A stretch of 64,000 bases of DNA, taken from positions 160,001-224,000 of the forward strand of contig CAXXLL010000003.1 of assembly GCA_963662545.2 (NCBI GenBank). The letters run 5' to 3'. Positions 61,249 to 64,000 of the stretch are shown here, piece by piece. Origin of the DNA: Gammaproteobacteria bacterium (lineage in GTDB: Bacteria > Pseudomonadota > Gammaproteobacteria > Ga0077536). Both the position numbers and the translations under genes were made by a program. Positions within the stretch are counted from its first letter, which is position 1; each line of letters opens with the position of its first letter. The notes beneath the pieces are model-generated. The model was not told the DNA's origin. It did no database searches and saw nothing but the letters and a program-made list of their open reading frames with translations.

Positions 61249-62355
61249 TTACTGCTCTGCGCTTAACGGCGCGATGCACCGGTGGTAGCCGAGTACGATT
61301 CGAACGACCGTTTCGCTGACTGCGTTCTTGAGGTACTCCTGCGGGGGCTGCCATTCGTTACGGATGGACAAAACCGCGTTCACGCACCTCAAGATGGTGT
61401 CCGGATCGCCGCCGCTGAGAATGTTGCTGCCGCACTCGATCGTCTCCGGCCGCTCGGTGACGTCGCGCAGGGTTACGTTTGGCTGCCCCAGGATCGCGCA
61501 CTCCTCCTGCACCGTGCCGCTGTCACTCAGGACGCAGCGCGCGCCTTTCTGCAGCCGCATGAAATCGAAAAATCCAAATGGATCCGGAAACCGGACGCGA
61601 TCGTCGACGGCGAAGCCGGCGGCTTCCATCCGGGCCCGGGTACGCGGATGGGTACTGACGATCACGGGGCAATCATAAGTCTCGGCAAGCCGCTCCAGCG
61701 CCTGCAGAAATCCCCGCAGACGGCTTTCGATATCGACGTTTTCAGCGCGATGCAGGGTCACCAGGAAGTAGTCCTTGTCTCCCAGTTCGAGTCGGCCGAG
61801 CACGCCTGATGATTCAATCTCGCCCGCGGCCCAATTCATCACCTCGTAGATCGGGTTGCCGGTGACGAAGATGCGGTCGCTCGCGATCCCTTCGCGCAGG
61901 AGGTTGGCGCGGCTGCGTTCCGTGTATGGCATGAGGATATCGGTGGCATGATCGATGATGCGCCGGTTGACTTCTTCGGGCACGCGATCGTCGAAGCAGC
62001 GGTTGCCCGCCTCCATGTGGAATACGGGAATGCCGCGTCGTTTGGCCACGATGGCGCACAGGCTCGAATTGGTGTCGCCGAGCAGTAGCAGCCTCGACGG
62101 TTCGAACTCGTCGAATGCTCCCTCGCAGCCGCTCAATATCTGACCAATTTGATCACCGAGTTTTTCGGCACGAACGCCGAGGACCTGGTCGGGTGCACGC
62201 ACGCCGAGCTCTTCGAAAAATTGATCGCTCAAGGCCGGATGATAATTCTGCCCGGTATGCACCAGGACGTGATCGCACAGTGCATCGAGCCTGGGAATGA
62301 TTTGGGACAGCCGGATGATCTCGGGGCGCGTTCCGAGAACGGTCATCACCTTCAT
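61249..62355 (-). CDS. wecB: UDP-N-acetylhexosamine 2-epimerase (FnlC/WbjD/WbvD type)
   Basis: GTRPEIIRLS, HTGQNY, HMEAGNRCFD.RVPEE.NR and SDSGTVQEE. Confidence 0.9.
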   Translation of the reverse strand: MKVMTVLGTRPEIIRLSQIIPRLDALCDHVLVHTGQNYHPALSDQFFEELGVRAPDQVLGVRAEKLGDQIGQILSGCEGAFDEFEPSRLLLLGDTNSSLCAIVAKRRGIPVFHMEAGNRCFDDRVPEEVNRRIIDHATDILMPYTERSRANLLREGIASDRIFVTGNPIYEVMNWAAGEIESSGVLGRLELGDKDYFLVTLHRAENVDIESRLRGFLQALERLAETYDCPVIVSTHPRTRARMEAAGFAVDDRVRFPDPFGFFDFMRLQKGARCVLSDSGTVQEECAILGQPNVTLRDVTERPETIECGSNILSGGDPDTILRCVNAVLSIRNEWQPPQEYLKNAVSETVVRIVLGYHRCIAPLSAEQ

Positions 62356-63416
62356 GCCAGCATCTCACCTTCGATTACGAATTCGTCATCTACCATGAGT
62401 TTGCGTGCAACCAGTAAATCGCGGAGTTTATCGGCGTCCATGACCGAATCCGCGGAGCTGTATTCCTCCGCGAGGTCGCAGACGTCGAGCGACGCCTCCC
62501 GCAACTCGGGCAGTATTGGCGCGATGACGTAATTGCCGTCTCTTTCGACCGTTCGATGGGTTTCTTCTTCGGATATCAAGATCTCGTGTAGCTTCTCTCC
62601 CGGACGGATCGCGGTAATTTCAGTCTGCACGTTTCGATCCCCGATCAATACTTGCGCCAAATCAACGATCCGCGCCGAGGGTACGCGTGGAATATAAGTT
62701 TCGCCGGGGCGGGCATCCTGCACGGCCGTCAGGATCAGGTCAACGGCCTGGTCGAGACTGAGGAGGAAGCGCGTCATCTCGGCATGCGTGATCGTCACCG
62801 GCCCGCCGCTGGCGATTTGACCATGGAACAGGGGAATTACCGAACCGCGCGAAGCGAGCACATTGCCGTAACGCGCAAGGACGTAGCGCACGCCGCCGGA
62901 ATCGAGATTGGCGCGCGCAAAGACGCGTTCCTGAATGGACTTCGTCATGCCCATGACGTTGACCGGTTTCACTGCCTTGTCGGTCGAGATACCGACGACG
63001 GTTTCGACCTTGCTCGCGGAACTCCTGATCGCGCGCACGATGTTTTCCGCGCCGACGATATTGGTCTGGACCGCCTCGAACGGAAAGTATTCACAGGTGG
63101 GAACCTGTTTGAGCGCCGCGGCATTGAAGACGATGTCGATGCCCTGGATCGCAACGGCGACCGCGTTCAGATCCCTCACGTCACCGATCTGAAATTCGAG
63201 CGTTCGGGCAAAGTTCTGGTAGATGATCTCATCGGTTGGCGAGCGTTTGTGCTCGTAGGCAACGCGCAACTCGTGCTGTTTCGCCTCGTCCCTCGAAAAA
63301 ACCACGATCCGTTCCGGCGCGCCATTCGTTCCGCTCAACAAGCGCTGCAACAACACCTTGCCGAGCGAGCCCGTACCGCCGGTGATCAGGATTCTTTTCC
63401 CCTCCATCACGTTCAT
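62352..63416 (-). CDS. UDP-GlcNAc 4,6-dehydratase/5-epimerase (FnlA/WbjB/CapE type)
   Basis: GGTGSLG, FSRDEAKQ, AALKQVPTCE and RYGNVLASRGSVIP. Confidence 0.9.
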   Translation of the reverse strand: MNVMEGKRILITGGTGSLGKVLLQRLLSGTNGAPERIVVFSRDEAKQHELRVAYEHKRSPTDEIIYQNFARTLEFQIGDVRDLNAVAVAIQGIDIVFNAAALKQVPTCEYFPFEAVQTNIVGAENIVRAIRSSASKVETVVGISTDKAVKPVNVMGMTKSIQERVFARANLDSGGVRYVLARYGNVLASRGSVIPLFHGQIASGGPVTITHAEMTRFLLSLDQAVDLILTAVQDARPGETYIPRVPSARIVDLAQVLIGDRNVQTEITAIRPGEKLHEILISEEETHRTVERDGNYVIAPILPELREASLDVCDLAEEYSSADSVMDADKLRDLLVARKLMVDDEFVIEGEMLA

Positions 63417-64000
63417 TCAGTTGATCTCCCGCCTCAAGTCCTCGTAATTCGTTGGATCGGCATACATCGCTTCGATCATTTCACGCCAGGCCGGTGGCGC
63501 GAAACCGGTCTCCCTACGAAACCGGCTGCTGTCGAGACGGCGATCGCAGTAAAAATTGACGTCTTCCTCGATGCGCATTTCCTTGTCATAAACCTCGTTG
63601 ACGATGTTCAGCAACTCAAACTTGTCGATGGCGTCGCTCGATACATGCCACAGCCCTTCCAACTGGCGGTGTTCGACGATGATTCGCTTAAGGATGTCGG
63701 CGAAAGCCGTCGTCGTGAAGCCCGTGTAGAGCGCATGGCGGTAGCCGCCGATCGCGGGGCCCGGGTGCTGCAGAAACCATTCCAGTAAGCCCGTGCCCCG
63801 ACTGAGTTCGCGTCCAATGATCGAGGTTCGAAGCGTGCAACTGCCGGCAGTGCCCACCTCGCCCAAGCGCTTGGTGCATCCATAAAGATCGTCGGCGTCA
63901 GCGATATCATCTTCAGAGTAAGGCCCGTTCGCACCCGAAAACACGCAGTCCGTGCTGATGTGAATCAGTCGCGCCCCGTGTTGGTTGCAAATCGTCGCCG
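63417..64000 (-). CDS. RmlD-like sugar-nucleotide reductase (5' end outside window)
   Basis: LIHISTDCVFSG, YGCTKRLGE, LRTSIIG and GLLEWFL. Confidence 0.88.
   Translation of the reverse strand, partial: ATICNQHGARLIHISTDCVFSGANGPYSEDDIADADDLYGCTKRLGEVGTAGSCTLRTSIIGRELSRGTGLLEWFLQHPGPAIGGYRHALYTGFTTTAFADILKRIIVEHRQLEGLWHVSSDAIDKFELLNIVNEVYDKEMRIEEDVNFYCDRRLDSSRFRRETGFAPPAWREMIEAMYADPTNYEDLRREIN

Overview
GC-rich bacterial chromosomal window, probably an uncultured gammaproteobacterium (inferred from gene content). All calls come from reading the sequence and ORF track; no searches were run. (1) 1-2.4 kb: amidase 3' end and an acyl-CoA ligase. (2) 2.4-13 kb: a mosaic accessory region in which REP/REPIN-like palindromes (GGGGACAT...ATGTCCCC and related families) separate unrelated whole genes and gene fragments. 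An ISNCY-like IS, an IS10-like IS and a 159-bp MITE have inserted into it, each with readable target duplications. (3) 13-18 kb: an uncharacterised ~1380-aa membrane protein and a TPR protein. (4) 18-31 kb: a type I secretion locus (hlyB, hlyD) with a ~2740-aa lipase-headed RTX protein broken by a G10 tract, a tightly linked upstream membrane protein, and a decayed GxxExxY gene with inverted flanks between hlyB and hlyD. (5) 31-50 kb: housekeeping and nutrient genes (Tyr phosphatase, cnoX, CoA ligase, yhhQ, amtB, attEFGH-like ABC operon, ppnN, phoX). (6) 50-64 kb: a surface polysaccharide cluster running off the right edge. No rRNA, tRNA or CRISPR array was recognised. Best candidates for undescribed biology are the palindrome-delimited gene/fragment capture array, the T1SS lipase-RTX toxin/immunity-like pair with a possible phase switch, and the GxxExxY inverted-repeat element.
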